Shown here: one piece after another, positions 7,709 to 16,837 of the stretch
Position numbering within the stretch: the first letter of the stretch is position 1
Layout: each line of letters opens with the position of its first letter
From: a virus
UHGV virus genome: UHGV-0036148
Length of the DNA stretch: 55,727 nt
Reading direction: 5' to 3' (one strand)
Notes under the pieces: generated by a model
The model's database searches: none
What the model was told of the DNA's origin: nothing
What the model saw: only the letters and a program-made list of their open reading frames with translations
Program-made: the position numbers and the translations under genes

Positions 7709-8329
7709 TTAATGAAGTACGCGTTTTTCAGGTTCAGGCACTAGCTGTGCGTCTTTCCGCGCGTCATTAAGCACAGCTATAGCTGCCTGTACACCTAAAT
7801 CATTTGCGCGCATATTATTGCCAACCATTTCGCCGTAAAATAATGGCATGATCGCCTTTACTTCTTCCTCTGTGTGACCTTCATCAATACACTTCTGTAA
7901 CGCTTTAGCCTCGAATACTTTTTTCATTACGCCGCGCACAGAATACAGCGCAACGCTACCCATATGATTTTCATCTAACGGGAAAATAACAGCACTTCCG
8001 AACGCCAGCGGGTCAATCTCTTCCGGTACTGGTACTCGCCCAAATTCTTCTTCCATTCGTTTTACGAAAGCGAGGCAGAAGACATAACGAGCTACGGCAG
8101 TTTTTTCTTCAGCGTTTAAAGACACATAATCGCGGATCGACGCGTCCATCACAATATCAACAATCTGTAACGCCAGATTCAAATCAGCGTCATACGCACC
8201 AGCTTCCATATCTTTTAATACTTCGTGATAATCTTTAATTTCTACTTCATGAAAACTTGCATCTTCAGTGTAGCGAGTGATTAACATGCCTTCGCTGCCG
8301 AGTGAATAAGCCGTTTTGATGTCTTTCAT
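7709..8329 (-). CDS. hypothetical protein (206 aa)
   Basis: long ORF in early-left operon; no recognisable motif. Confidence 0.45.
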   Translation of the reverse strand: MKDIKTAYSLGSEGMLITRYTEDASFHEVEIKDYHEVLKDMEAGAYDADLNLALQIVDIVMDASIRDYVSLNAEEKTAVARYVFCLAFVKRMEEEFGRVPVPEEIDPLAFGSAVIFPLDENHMGSVALYSVRGVMKKVFEAKALQKCIDEGHTEEEVKAIMPLFYGEMVGNNMRANDLGVQAAIAVLNDARKDAQLVPEPEKRVLH

Positions 8330-8342
8330 GATATTTATCCTT

Positions 8343-8675
8343 TTATAGTGGGTGATGCCATTTCATTTCAGTTTCTGGATTGAACGGGTTTCCTTCGCTT
8401 AAAAGGAATAAGTCACGCGCCCGTTTTAGCTCTTCCTGGTTTATTTCGATTTCATCAATCTGACCGAACGATCCAGGCATCATCCGTTTTAAATCAGATA
8501 GCGGGCGCATAAGGCCGCAGCCACGTAACAACATGTCTAACGCGAATTGCCGCCGCCCAGCCGCATCATTAAAGCGACGTGCCCACGGTACACACACGAT
8601 CCGGCGCTCGAACTCAATAAATAGCGATAGCTTGTTAGTTTCTGCATCATATGCTTTATGTAATTTAATTTTCAT
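8343..8675 (-). CDS. hypothetical protein (110 aa)
   Basis: ORF in operon context. Confidence 0.4.
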   Translation of the reverse strand: MKIKLHKAYDAETNKLSLFIEFERRIVCVPWARRFNDAAGRRQFALDMLLRGCGLMRPLSDLKRMMPGSFGQIDEIEINQEELKRARDLFLLSEGNPFNPETEMKWHHPL

Positions 8676-8856
8676 CTAACACCTCGATATATTGTTCAAG
8701 ATGCCATCTGCCGACTTCCTTCAGGTCTTCATCGTATATAACGACTTCCCCGCCCTGCATGATCATGAAGGCAGCGGCTGTAAATTCACGCCCCCACCAC
8801 GCCTTTAATCGCTCACCGCCTTTCAGGTCTTTGACCTTTACTTCTTTTATAGCCAT
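8665..8856 (-). CDS. hypothetical protein (63 aa)
   Basis: ORF in operon context. Confidence 0.35.
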   Translation of the reverse strand: MAIKEVKVKDLKGGERLKAWWGREFTAAAFMIMQGGEVVIYDEDLKEVGRWHLEQYIEVLDEN

Positions 8857-9119
8857 ACGCCGAACATCCCATTCAGTCCGGCGAACAATTTCCGCCAGTG
8901 GTTTTCAGCATAAGCCCGGAACGGCTTAACGCGAACATTGCGGGCCTTCAGTTCAATCTTGTCGAAGAAACGCGGCTCTATAATTGTTCCGTCCAGATAT
9001 TTAACCAGGATCGGACGCTCAAGATCGTCATGTGTCTTGTTCAGCACAACCAGACCAGGGTCTTTACGGTATTCCGGGAGCACGACCAGATCACCCGTTT
9101 TGATATTCATGAATGGCAT
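8847..9119 (-). CDS. hypothetical protein (90 aa)
   Basis: ATG at 9119 overlapping stop of upstream mini-ORF. Confidence 0.4.
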   Translation of the reverse strand: MPFMNIKTGDLVVLPEYRKDPGLVVLNKTHDDLERPILVKYLDGTIIEPRFFDKIELKARNVRVKPFRAYAENHWRKLFAGLNGMFGVWL

Positions 9120-9235
9120 CACATCACCCCGCCGATATAGCTAATAATTGCCGCAGCCGCGCCAGCCATTACCACCATGAAGACGAAAGCGACCACACAG
9201 AAAACGGCCTTGACAGTATTTTTGTCTACTCGCAT
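9119..9235 (-). CDS. mini membrane peptide (38 aa)
   Basis: MRVDKNTVKAVFCVVAFVFMVVMAGAAAAIISYIGGVM; GAGGT SD; TGATG overlap with next gene. Confidence 0.35.
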   Translation of the reverse strand: MRVDKNTVKAVFCVVAFVFMVVMAGAAAAIISYIGGVM

Positions 9236-9242
9236 ATAAACC

Positions 9243-9350
9243 TCACATGTCAGTAATCAGCTTAACAATCGCCACAGTGATATAGAGTGACGCACTAAGG
9301 TAAACAGCCGCCACAGCGACGGCGGCGGATAACATTGCAATCTTTTTCAT
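9243..9350 (-). CDS. mini membrane peptide (35 aa)
   Basis: MKKIAMLSAAVAVAAVYLSASLYITVAIVKLITDM; ATGA overlap with upstream stop. Confidence 0.35.
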   Translation of the reverse strand: MKKIAMLSAAVAVAAVYLSASLYITVAIVKLITDM

Positions 9351-9571
9351 TTGCCACCCTCCGCAATGAACTTATCAAGCCATTTGTTATTAGCCAGCCG
9401 TTCGGCATCTTCGCCAAATGATTTACGTTCGCTTAATTCCTGTCGAGTTGGAAAAGGCCACTTATCGATCCATCCTGCCGACGTTTCAAACTCGTACAGC
9501 CCGCCACCGAAAGTAATAAGTTCATCAGCGCCGTCAGGAATTTCATTGTCAACTTCTTTATCTTCGATCAT
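9347..9571 (-). CDS. hypothetical acidic protein (74 aa)
   Basis: ORF in operon context. Confidence 0.4.
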   Translation of the reverse strand: MIEDKEVDNEIPDGADELITFGGGLYEFETSAGWIDKWPFPTRQELSERKSFGEDAERLANNKWLDKFIAEGGK

Positions 9572-9585
9572 GATTTAATACCTCA

Positions 9586-9864
9586 TTAATCGTTAATAAC
9601 CTGGCCCATACGCCCGCGATATTTGCGCATACGTGGATCGACATATTCAGGCCAGTGCATATCCGGTTTTCTTTGCAGTGGGTAAAAACTTGCCTGCCAG
9701 TTGTCGAACCATATTTGCTTTGCGTACAGGTCACTAAATCTTTTTGCCATCCGTTCCGCTGCCGTTCCGCATAAAAAAAGCCCATGATCGATATGATCAC
9801 GGGCTTCTTTGAGAACTTGCTCTTTTGTTCGCGGTGGCGGTGGCGTTTTTAAATAATCAACCAT
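9586..9864 (-). CDS. hypothetical protein (92 aa)
   Basis: ORF downstream of ssb. Confidence 0.4.
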   Translation of the reverse strand: MVDYLKTPPPPRTKEQVLKEARDHIDHGLFLCGTAAERMAKRFSDLYAKQIWFDNWQASFYPLQRKPDMHWPEYVDPRMRKYRGRMGQVIND

Positions 9865-9879
9865 CGCTAACCTATTGAT

Positions 9880-10284
9880 TTAAAACGGGATGTCGTCATC
9901 GAAGTCAGGAGGAACATTATTCCCGTTATTATTCTGCTGCTGCGGCGGCGCTTTCTGCTGCTGGCCTTGCTGGTTAACAGCCATGAACTCAAACTCATTG
10001 ACCGCCACTTCTACCGCAGTTCCCTTCGTGCCGTCGTTCCGGTCATATTGCCGAACATCCAGGCGACCGCTTACCACTATTTTTCCACCCTTACGGATAT
10101 GTGGCGCTAATTTTTCCGCACGCTCGCCAAATACAAGACAAGTGATCCACATTACCCGCTTATTATCACCGTAGCCATTCGTTACAGCTAACGGGAAGCT
10201 ACCAATCGCTTTACCATTTTGCGTGTAGCGAACCTCCATATCATTCCCGATATTACCGCCCAGTGTGATTGAATTTAAGCTCAT
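9880..10284 (-). CDS. ssb: single-stranded DNA-binding protein
   Basis: OB-fold-like N-terminal region, Gln/Pro-rich linker, acidic C-terminal tip PPDFDDDIPF. Confidence 0.85.
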   Translation of the reverse strand: MSLNSITLGGNIGNDMEVRYTQNGKAIGSFPLAVTNGYGDNKRVMWITCLVFGERAEKLAPHIRKGGKIVVSGRLDVRQYDRNDGTKGTAVEVAVNEFEFMAVNQQGQQQKAPPQQQNNNGNNVPPDFDDDIPF

Positions 10285-10937
10285 TAACCGATCTCCCCGT
10301 TAAGCTCTTTTAAGCGAATGTCATAAACGTCTTTCGCTTTCTGTTGCTGTTCTGAATCTTTAGGCAGTAGTTTCCAGCACTTCCCGAAGATCTCGCGTAA
10401 CTTGTTAGCGTCCTGCGCTTTCGCTGCCGCATCACAGAAACGCGCTAACACCTCATCAGGATTTGGCGGCGCTTTCTGCTGCTGTGGTTTCTGATTAGGT
10501 TGTTGTTTTGGTGGGTTTTTCTGCTGGCGAGGCTGCTGCCCTGTCTGTTTAGCGTATGCGTCGCTATCTAAATCTTTCGCATCGTCAATACAGAACAAGC
10601 CATTCAAGCAATATTTGCGAGCATAAGAAGATGTCGCGCCAGTTAATTGACCAGCCGACATTCCTTTTTGTTCCTTCTCCTCGCGAGCGAAAGCAGTAGC
10701 CGTTATTTCGTCTTCTCCATCGCTCAATACCGCCGTAGCCTTAATGTAATAACGATCACCAATTAACACAACTTCATCATTAAGCGTTAATGTAATGCCT
10801 TCCAGTAAAGGCTTGACAGCCTCCAAAATATCCTCAGCCGACCTATAATTGTAACCCCCGTATGAGTTGCGCTGAGATTTTGGCGCCTTTAATTGTTGCT
10901 GTATTAGCCACAATTTTTTATATAAATCTTTCTTCAC
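10284..10937 (-). CDS. erf: Erf-family single-strand annealing protein
   Basis: N-terminal region resembles the Erf family (recalled); position beside ssb; GTG start at 10937. Confidence 0.6.
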   Translation of the reverse strand: MKKDLYKKLWLIQQQLKAPKSQRNSYGGYNYRSAEDILEAVKPLLEGITLTLNDEVVLIGDRYYIKATAVLSDGEDEITATAFAREEKEQKGMSAGQLTGATSSYARKYCLNGLFCIDDAKDLDSDAYAKQTGQQPRQQKNPPKQQPNQKPQQQKAPPNPDEVLARFCDAAAKAQDANKLREIFGKCWKLLPKDSEQQQKAKDVYDIRLKELNGEIG

Positions 10938-11379
10938 ATCGTTTCCCCTTTTTTAAAGGAAGAAGTACAGCGGCCTCATGAGTCCAGCCGCGACGCAATC
11001 TTGTATGTATAGTGTGCTCACATATACCGTATTTTTCAGAAAAATAATGTACCGTGTTTGTTTCCCCCTTCACTGTTAACATCATGGTTCTGCATGTATT
11101 GCGCATGTTTTCAGCGTGCGTAACCCATCGGCAATTATCAGGTGAATACCCCTTGTCGTTGTCAATCCTGTCTATTTCTAACCCTTCACGATAACCGTTA
11201 TTTAAAGCCCACTCGATAAACTTTGACGAATCATTCAACCATTCGTCACATATAGTTATATTTTTATCCTTATAGTGTTTATTTCGTGGATTCTTATCGC
11301 TTTCCCTGCATCTCGTTTTCATTCCCTTAAAAACGTCATAAAGTTTTGTATGCGTCATTCCATGTTTTGAATAACCCAT
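10918..11379 (-). CDS. HNH endonuclease
   Basis: IDRIDNDKGYSPDNCRWVTHAENMRN HNH-type motif; AAGGAGA SD. Confidence 0.6.
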   Translation of the reverse strand: MGYSKHGMTHTKLYDVFKGMKTRCRESDKNPRNKHYKDKNITICDEWLNDSSKFIEWALNNGYREGLEIDRIDNDKGYSPDNCRWVTHAENMRNTCRTMMLTVKGETNTVHYFSEKYGICEHTIHTRLRRGWTHEAAVLLPLKKGKRCEERFI

Positions 11380-11528
11380 TAACTAATCTCCTTCGCTGTT
11401 AACACTACATACAAGGCTTTATTCGCGGCGCTCCACATATCGGCATCATGAAGCACTTCCGCTACCGCCAGTTTGAATTGAAGCGCCTGAATAACCATAA
11501 TGTCACCTCAGAATGTTTACATTTTGTA

Positions 11529-11819
11529 TTAATGGTAGCGGACTTTATCCAGGGGTTTCTCCCCTAAATGGCGTGGTTGCGTTGCGTGGTAGTAGCTGCC
11601 GCTTTCATTTTCCGTATACCATTTTACTGATCCTTTGCGACGTTCTTTAATGCTATTTGGTTTGCATCTTTCCTCGTTTGCAAATCGAATAGCTTTATCC
11701 ACATTGTCTGTTTTATTAATTGCAGGTGATGATTTTCTTTCGTTTTCTCTTTTTATCCTTCTGCGTTCCCTGGCGTTCATTTTGCTATCACATTTTCCAT
11801 ACATAATTGTAACGCTCAT
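11529..11819 (-). CDS. putative N-like antiterminator (arginine-rich motif protein)
   Basis: NARERRRIKRENERK arginine-rich motif near N-terminus; first gene of the leftward operon. Confidence 0.3.
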   Translation of the reverse strand: MSVTIMYGKCDSKMNARERRRIKRENERKSSPAINKTDNVDKAIRFANEERCKPNSIKERRKGSVKWYTENESGSYYHATQPRHLGEKPLDKVRYH

Positions 11820-12160
11820 AATCTGATCTCCGTATATCCTTGATGAAACTTAATAAAAAATCATCTTCGTTAATTGCCGCACTTCCAGCGGCTGACCAGA
11901 TTTTTAATGAGCGGCTTAACATCTTTCAACTAATCCCGCAATCATCGCCGTTTCCGGTGTGACCTTGCTCACTCCAAGCAAGCTGACTCGTCGCCTTGCG
12001 TGCGGTTTCGTGGGGGATGTAACGCTTTAAACACCCCATGCGCCTTGTTATCAGTGCCGCTTTCGGTCCCCCATCGGGGAGTTACTCCACGGTTGACAAG
12101 GTGTTAAGCCTGATTTTTAAAGTGCCAGGAAGCTGCTTTTGTTACCTACGCCCTTCCTTT

Positions 12161-12196
12161 GATTCGCAATATACGCCCCGTAAAACACCGAGTCAA
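12161..12196 (-). promoter_or_regulatory. candidate leftward early promoter (PL-like)
   Basis: minus strand TTGACT - 17 bp - TATATT between cI terminator and N-like gene. Confidence 0.35.
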
Positions 12197-12289
12197 TCCA
12201 TTTTGTATACTTTTTTAAAATATTTTATATGCTATTGATATCTAAACAATAAATAGCGTTTTCTGTTTACGTTTTGGTGTTTTTTTGGG

Positions 12290-12320
12290 CGAAGAAAAGC
12301 CGCCATCCGGCGGCTAATGT
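12290..12320 (-). terminator. rho-independent terminator after repressor gene
   Basis: minus strand GCCGCCGGATGGCGGC hairpin followed by TTTTCTT. Confidence 0.5.
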
Positions 12321-12968
12321 TTATGGCAGGTTTACGATCTTCGCATCAACCACCACGCCCAATATTTTTGACTCTGGATTCATAGGGATCGGCGGATACA
12401 ACGGATTCAGTGAACGCAAAAGTTTTCGGCCTCCATCAATAATCAACTGTTTAAACGTAGGTATCTGCCCTTCCTCCAGTTGTGCTATAACAAGTTTTCC
12501 GTCAATAGCTGGCGCGTGCGGGTCAACGAGTATCATAGTCCCCGCCGGGATGCTTAACCCCTGCGGTGCGTTCATTGATTCACCTTTAGCAACCAGCCAA
12601 TAACTATCATCCGAACAAATAACGCTAGTAGCAACGTGTGGCAATGTTGATCGGTGTGTGCCTTCCATATTGTTTGCTACATCCTTCCAGTCAACAACCG
12701 GATAACTGCCTAAATCACGCGGTGGCGCTCCCGGCAACGTGTTAGAAACAGAATCATCAATGACCATTCCGTCATGAGTAACAGTGAATTGCCGACGCCC
12801 AAGCGCCCGCATGATACGCGCAATATCTTCAAGATTCGGCTCACGGCGACCGTTCAGCCAGTGAGAAAGGCCGCCTTTGGTTATCCCCATAAGATCAGCC
12901 AATGAATCCTGGCTCATGCCCTGCGCCCGCATGAGTTGTTTTGCTAAGTCATACCATTTTGTTTTCAT
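12321..12968 (-). CDS. cI: CI-like repressor (HTH_XRE + S24 LexA-like peptidase)
   Basis: N-terminal HTH (QDSLADLMGITKGGLSHWLNG), C-terminal S24 domain with AKGESM serine motif and K later. Confidence 0.8.
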   Translation of the reverse strand: MKTKWYDLAKQLMRAQGMSQDSLADLMGITKGGLSHWLNGRREPNLEDIARIMRALGRRQFTVTHDGMVIDDSVSNTLPGAPPRDLGSYPVVDWKDVANNMEGTHRSTLPHVATSVICSDDSYWLVAKGESMNAPQGLSIPAGTMILVDPHAPAIDGKLVIAQLEEGQIPTFKQLIIDGGRKLLRSLNPLYPPIPMNPESKILGVVVDAKIVNLP

Positions 12969-13273
12969 GTCGCTACCCTATAACCTAAAAAATTTTGATG
13001 CAAGTCACAAAACGTGTTTTTCAAGTCTTGACCCGTTAGCGCCATTCTGTAAACTTGCTGACAAGGTAAAGCCATACTTGCAATGATGCAAGGAAAAAGA
13101 TAAGGGAAAGCACAAAAAGGCCGACGCCTTAAGCTCTTTAAAAATCCGGTGTCGCTGCGAAGCGAAAAACAAATATCACGCAACGGCGGGATCTGTTGAG
13201 CGGTCAGTCACTGCTATCTAATGCTAATGGGATGCCCGCCCGCGCGTTCATTTTAACCATAGGAGAAAATACA

Positions 13274-13528
13274 ATGAGCATGAACATGATTAGCGAAGTA
13301 TGGAAAGTAAAACTTAACAGCCCGATTCAAAAACTGGTCTTAATGGCTCTGGCTGAAAAGGCAGATAACCGCCGTCACGTCATGGTATCACGACAAGAAA
13401 TTGCAAAAATGTGTGAACTTCCTGTTCATACGGTACATGATGCCTTCGCTGCGTTAATGCATAAAGGGTTTGTTTGTCGTCTTGATGCGTTCAGTGATGT
13501 CTATGTAGTGATGTTACCGGAGGAATGA
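13274..13528 (+). CDS. HTH DNA-binding protein, Cro-like candidate
   Basis: first gene of rightward operon divergent from repressor; AGGAG SD before ATG 13274; HTH-like segment. Confidence 0.45.
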   Translation: MSMNMISEVWKVKLNSPIQKLVLMALAEKADNRRHVMVSRQEIAKMCELPVHTVHDAFAALMHKGFVCRLDAFSDVYVVMLPEE

Positions 13529-13531
13529 TCT

Positions 13532-14578
13532 ATGAAGTGGTTTAAGCATGATAGCGATGCGAACCGCGATGAAAAACTTCAAAACGTTTTATTAGATTAT
13601 GGCCTGGAAGGGTACGGGCTTTATTGGTATTGCCTCGAACTAATAACTTATGACGTAGATCAGCACAATCTGACTTTTGACCTACGACATGACGCGAGAA
13701 TCATTGCGCGAAACGTCGGATCGACTGAAAAACGTATAGAAGAAATGATGAAATACTTCATCGAAATTGGTTTGTTTGAATGTTCTCAAGGCCACATAAC
13801 TTGTTTAAAGTTATTGAAAAGGCTGGACCAATCAATGACTTCTAAAAGCGCTTACAGGGCCGCCATAAACACAGCGAAGGAGCAATTAAAATTAGAAAAG
13901 TTAATCAATCCAACACAAAAAGGTCATGATAGGGTCATGACCGGGTCAGGAAAGGGTCATGAATTAGAATTAGAAGAAGAAAGAGAAAAAGATATATACA
14001 CTTCGTGTATTGTCGAAAATGAACAAAAAATGGTCAATCAGGATGGCGTAAACGAAGCGGCGTTGCGTTGCCTGGCCTTCTACAACGACAAGGCAGGATG
14101 CAAATGTCGTGATGCGAAGCCATTCATCGAACTACTGACAGAAACAAAAACACGTAAAGCGTATACGGAGGATGAGATCACATTAGTGATTGAGTGGGCT
14201 TTAACGCAATGGCGTAGCCGTGGTGGAACACCTAAGCCTATCAATATTTGCCGGGTAACTAAATTTGATGGGTATCTGACTGATGCTGAACAATGGCGCA
14301 AACTGTCAGCCACCGCAAACGCTGCCGACGTGGTGGAAGCATTTAACAGCACGTTTGACAGCCTGTTACCACCTGTCGAACTGGATCGGGATCTTGAGCG
14401 CAAGATCTATGCGTTCACTGACTACCTGAAAGACAAAAGCATTAACGGCTTTGTCGCCTACTTCGAAACGTTCAAAAACACGGCTTCAGATTTTTACTTC
14501 GGCGATGGCTTCACAGCGACACTTGATTTTCTGCTTAAACCAAAAACGCTACGCGATACACGCGCAGGCGCTCTTTGA
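13532..14578 (+). CDS. replication initiator / replisome organizer
   Basis: N-terminus MKWFKHDSDANRDEKLQNVLLDYGLEGYGLYWYCLE resembles the phage replisome-organizer N-terminal domain; contains iterons. Confidence 0.6.
   Translation: MKWFKHDSDANRDEKLQNVLLDYGLEGYGLYWYCLELITYDVDQHNLTFDLRHDARIIARNVGSTEKRIEEMMKYFIEIGLFECSQGHITCLKLLKRLDQSMTSKSAYRAAINTAKEQLKLEKLINPTQKGHDRVMTGSGKGHELELEEEREKDIYTSCIVENEQKMVNQDGVNEAALRCLAFYNDKAGCKCRDAKPFIELLTETKTRKAYTEDEITLVIEWALTQWRSRGGTPKPINICRVTKFDGYLTDAEQWRKLSATANAADVVEAFNSTFDSLLPPVELDRDLERKIYAFTDYLKDKSINGFVAYFETFKNTASDFYFGDGFTATLDFLLKPKTLRDTRAGAL
13915..14010. other. candidate origin of replication (iterons + AT-rich tract) inside initiator gene
   Basis: four 11-bp-spaced copies of GGTCATGA/GGTCAGGA followed by AT-rich attagaattagaagaagaaagagaaaaagatatata. 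Confidence 0.5.
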
Positions 14579-14712
14579 CCACCCACGATCCGCAAAAACC
14601 CAAAATAACCCGCAAAACAAGCTCGCCAGCGAGATAAATCGCATGTGGTGCTACACTTACTTACCTTTTTGCGATTAGCTCGTTATAGAGCGTTACAGAG
14701 AGGATTTCAAAA

Positions 14713-14814
14713 ATGGACGGTAAACACGTTTTCGCCCTGGCTTTTGCCATCGCCGCTGCAATAGCTGTTAACGTCGCCTTGTTCGGCGGTTTGTTCCTTC
14801 TCGTCAATCCATAA
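14713..14814 (+). CDS. mini membrane peptide (33 aa)
   Basis: MDGKHVFALAFAIAAAIAVNVALFGGLFLLVNP; GAGG SD. Confidence 0.3.
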   Translation: MDGKHVFALAFAIAAAIAVNVALFGGLFLLVNP

Positions 14815-14946
14815 CCTACCTACCAGTCTGTAAATCAAAAATTAGCCACCCGATAGCGCCTCTAGCGCAATAAGACACTGCAACCTGTGCAAACGGGTTA
14901 CGCGGTGGGATTTTTGCGTTGTAGAGCGTTTTACGGAGAAATTACA

Positions 14947-15684
14947 ATGTCTGAGTTGATGTGTTTTAATTTTGATGACAATAAAATCACTGCTGTAATT
15001 TATGACGGTAAACCTGCTTTTGTTGCGGTTGATGTGGCCCGTGCGCTGGGGTACAACGACGAGCATCAGGCCATTAAAAAACATTGTAAGTCATTGATTA
15101 AACTTGATTCCGTTAAAACAACGGAATTAGGTTTTGGGTTCAGACCAAAAGGCATAATTATAATTCGAGAGGCAGATATATACCGTCTTGTTATGAGATC
15201 AAAATTAGAATCAGCCGAGCGCTTCCAGGATTGGGTGTGCGAGGAGGTTCTTCCGGCTTTGCGTGAAAATGGGTGTTACGGTTGCAAACCTGCTTTGCCT
15301 GACTTCTCTAACCCTGCGGAAGCGGCGCGGGCGTGGGCTAATGAATACGAGCAAAAATTGTTAGTTAAGCAAGAAAATGAACGTCTTGCGCTTGAAAATA
15401 AAGTGCTGGCTCCGAAAGCGGCTGTATGTGACGCGATAGTCAAAAACGATATGCACCGAACGGCTTCAGAGGTAGCTAAACCGCTGGGAATGTCAGCCGT
15501 AAAATTAAACAGAAAACTTTCGGCGGTTGGTGTTTATGATCTTCGCTGTCGCCGCCGTGTATTCAGTCAGTGGTTTATTGATGAGGGCTACGGTGAAATG
15601 AGGGTAACTCACGATGGATATGAGCAGGCTGTATTCACTGCTAAAGGACAAGTATGGATCACTGAGCTTTTAACTTGCAACTAA
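14947..15684 (+). CDS. antirepressor (Bro-N + KilA-C/Ant domains)
   Basis: FNFDDNKITAVIYDGKPAFVAVDVARALGY Bro-N signature; C-terminal Ant-like region; GGAG SD. Confidence 0.75.
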   Translation: MSELMCFNFDDNKITAVIYDGKPAFVAVDVARALGYNDEHQAIKKHCKSLIKLDSVKTTELGFGFRPKGIIIIREADIYRLVMRSKLESAERFQDWVCEEVLPALRENGCYGCKPALPDFSNPAEAARAWANEYEQKLLVKQENERLALENKVLAPKAAVCDAIVKNDMHRTASEVAKPLGMSAVKLNRKLSAVGVYDLRCRRRVFSQWFIDEGYGEMRVTHDGYEQAVFTAKGQVWITELLTCN

Positions 15685-15718
15685 GTATACAATTTGTTAT
15701 TCGTGAGGAAATGACACT

Positions 15719-16837
15719 ATGTCACAAAGAAAAATCAGCGATGAGCAATTGATCGCTGAATATAACAACGGTTTAACGTACAAGCAGATCGCTGAAAAAT
15801 ATGGCATGTCAAAACGCAACGTCGAGCGGCTAGGCGCAAAACTGGCGAAACGCGGTTTAATATCCACGCGTCGCGCACCGGGTTTTGGCGTCAATGCTGA
15901 GTCATTGCTCGTCGATAAGGATGGCAATGTGATCATGCGCTGGATTAAAACAGCCCGTGACCGCGACGAAATGGAACAGTTAATGGAAGCGGCCCGCGAC
16001 GCTTTCACGGATGAAATACCACGCGCGGAGGCTGTGCCAGTGCCTGAAATTGATTTTCAAAAAAGCCTGGCCCTTTATCCGGTGTTTGATCTGCATATCG
16101 GGGCGCTTGCTCATAAAGCTGAATGCGGCGAGAGCTACGACACTGGGATCGCTGAGCGCGTGTTGAATGACTTCTTTGACTACGCTGTTGGCGCTGCTCC
16201 GATGTCTGAAAAAGCCGTACTGCTCCTCGGTGGCGATCTGCTTCATTCTGACGGTATGGTCCCGGTGACGCCAATAAGCGGGCACATTCTTGATCAAGAT
16301 AGTCGCTACGCAAAACTTGTTTATGTGGCGATCCGGTCTGTCCGGCGGGCGGTAGGTAAAATGTTGTTAAATCATAAGGATGTTGAAATCCAGGTGTTAT
16401 CAGGCAATCACGATCAGTCAGGCATGATTTGGCTACGTGCGGCGCTGGCGGCTTTTTACGAAGATGAACCGCGCGTGACGGTTGATGTGTCCCCTACTAT
16501 CGTCCACCACACACAGTACGGCAAAACATTCCTTGCTTACCACCACGGGCACACTATCAAAAAGCCGGAAAATTTATTGTCTGCTTGCGTAGCTGACTGG
16601 CGTGAGGATTTCGGCAAGTCTGCGGCGGTTTACGCTCATTGCGGGCACTGGCATCATCAACGGCTGATTGAATCATCGTTAGGCGTTGTTGAGTATCACG
16701 GCACATTAGCGGGTAAAGACGCTTATTCAACGAATGGCGGTTGGCGGTCGCGGCGTCTGGCGGCGGTGATTATTTACAGCCCGGATCATGGGGAAATTGG
16801 GCGCTTTGTTTATTACCCTGAATATTCCATTTTGTAA
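15719..16837 (+). CDS. HTH domain fused to calcineurin-like metallophosphoesterase
   Basis: N-terminal HTH (LTYKQIAEKYGMSKRNVERL); phosphoesterase motifs DLHIG, GGDLLH, GNHD, HHGH, GHWHH. Confidence 0.6.
   Translation: MSQRKISDEQLIAEYNNGLTYKQIAEKYGMSKRNVERLGAKLAKRGLISTRRAPGFGVNAESLLVDKDGNVIMRWIKTARDRDEMEQLMEAARDAFTDEIPRAEAVPVPEIDFQKSLALYPVFDLHIGALAHKAECGESYDTGIAERVLNDFFDYAVGAAPMSEKAVLLLGGDLLHSDGMVPVTPISGHILDQDSRYAKLVYVAIRSVRRAVGKMLLNHKDVEIQVLSGNHDQSGMIWLRAALAAFYEDEPRVTVDVSPTIVHHTQYGKTFLAYHHGHTIKKPENLLSACVADWREDFGKSAAVYAHCGHWHHQRLIESSLGVVEYHGTLAGKDAYSTNGGWRSRRLAAVIIYSPDHGEIGRFVYYPEYSIL

Noticed and set aside
12038-12238. 66-aa plus-strand ORF in the cI to N-like intergenic region
   Set aside because: Overlaps the candidate leftward promoter region, no SD, low-complexity translation; more likely regulatory DNA.
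13129-13158. boxA-like GCTCTTTAAAAA followed by a GNRA-tetraloop hairpin (CGCT-GCGA-AGCG), reminiscent of a nut site
   Set aside because: It lies upstream of the best candidate rightward promoter and upstream of cro rather than downstream as in lambda; without transcript mapping the nut interpretation is unsupported.
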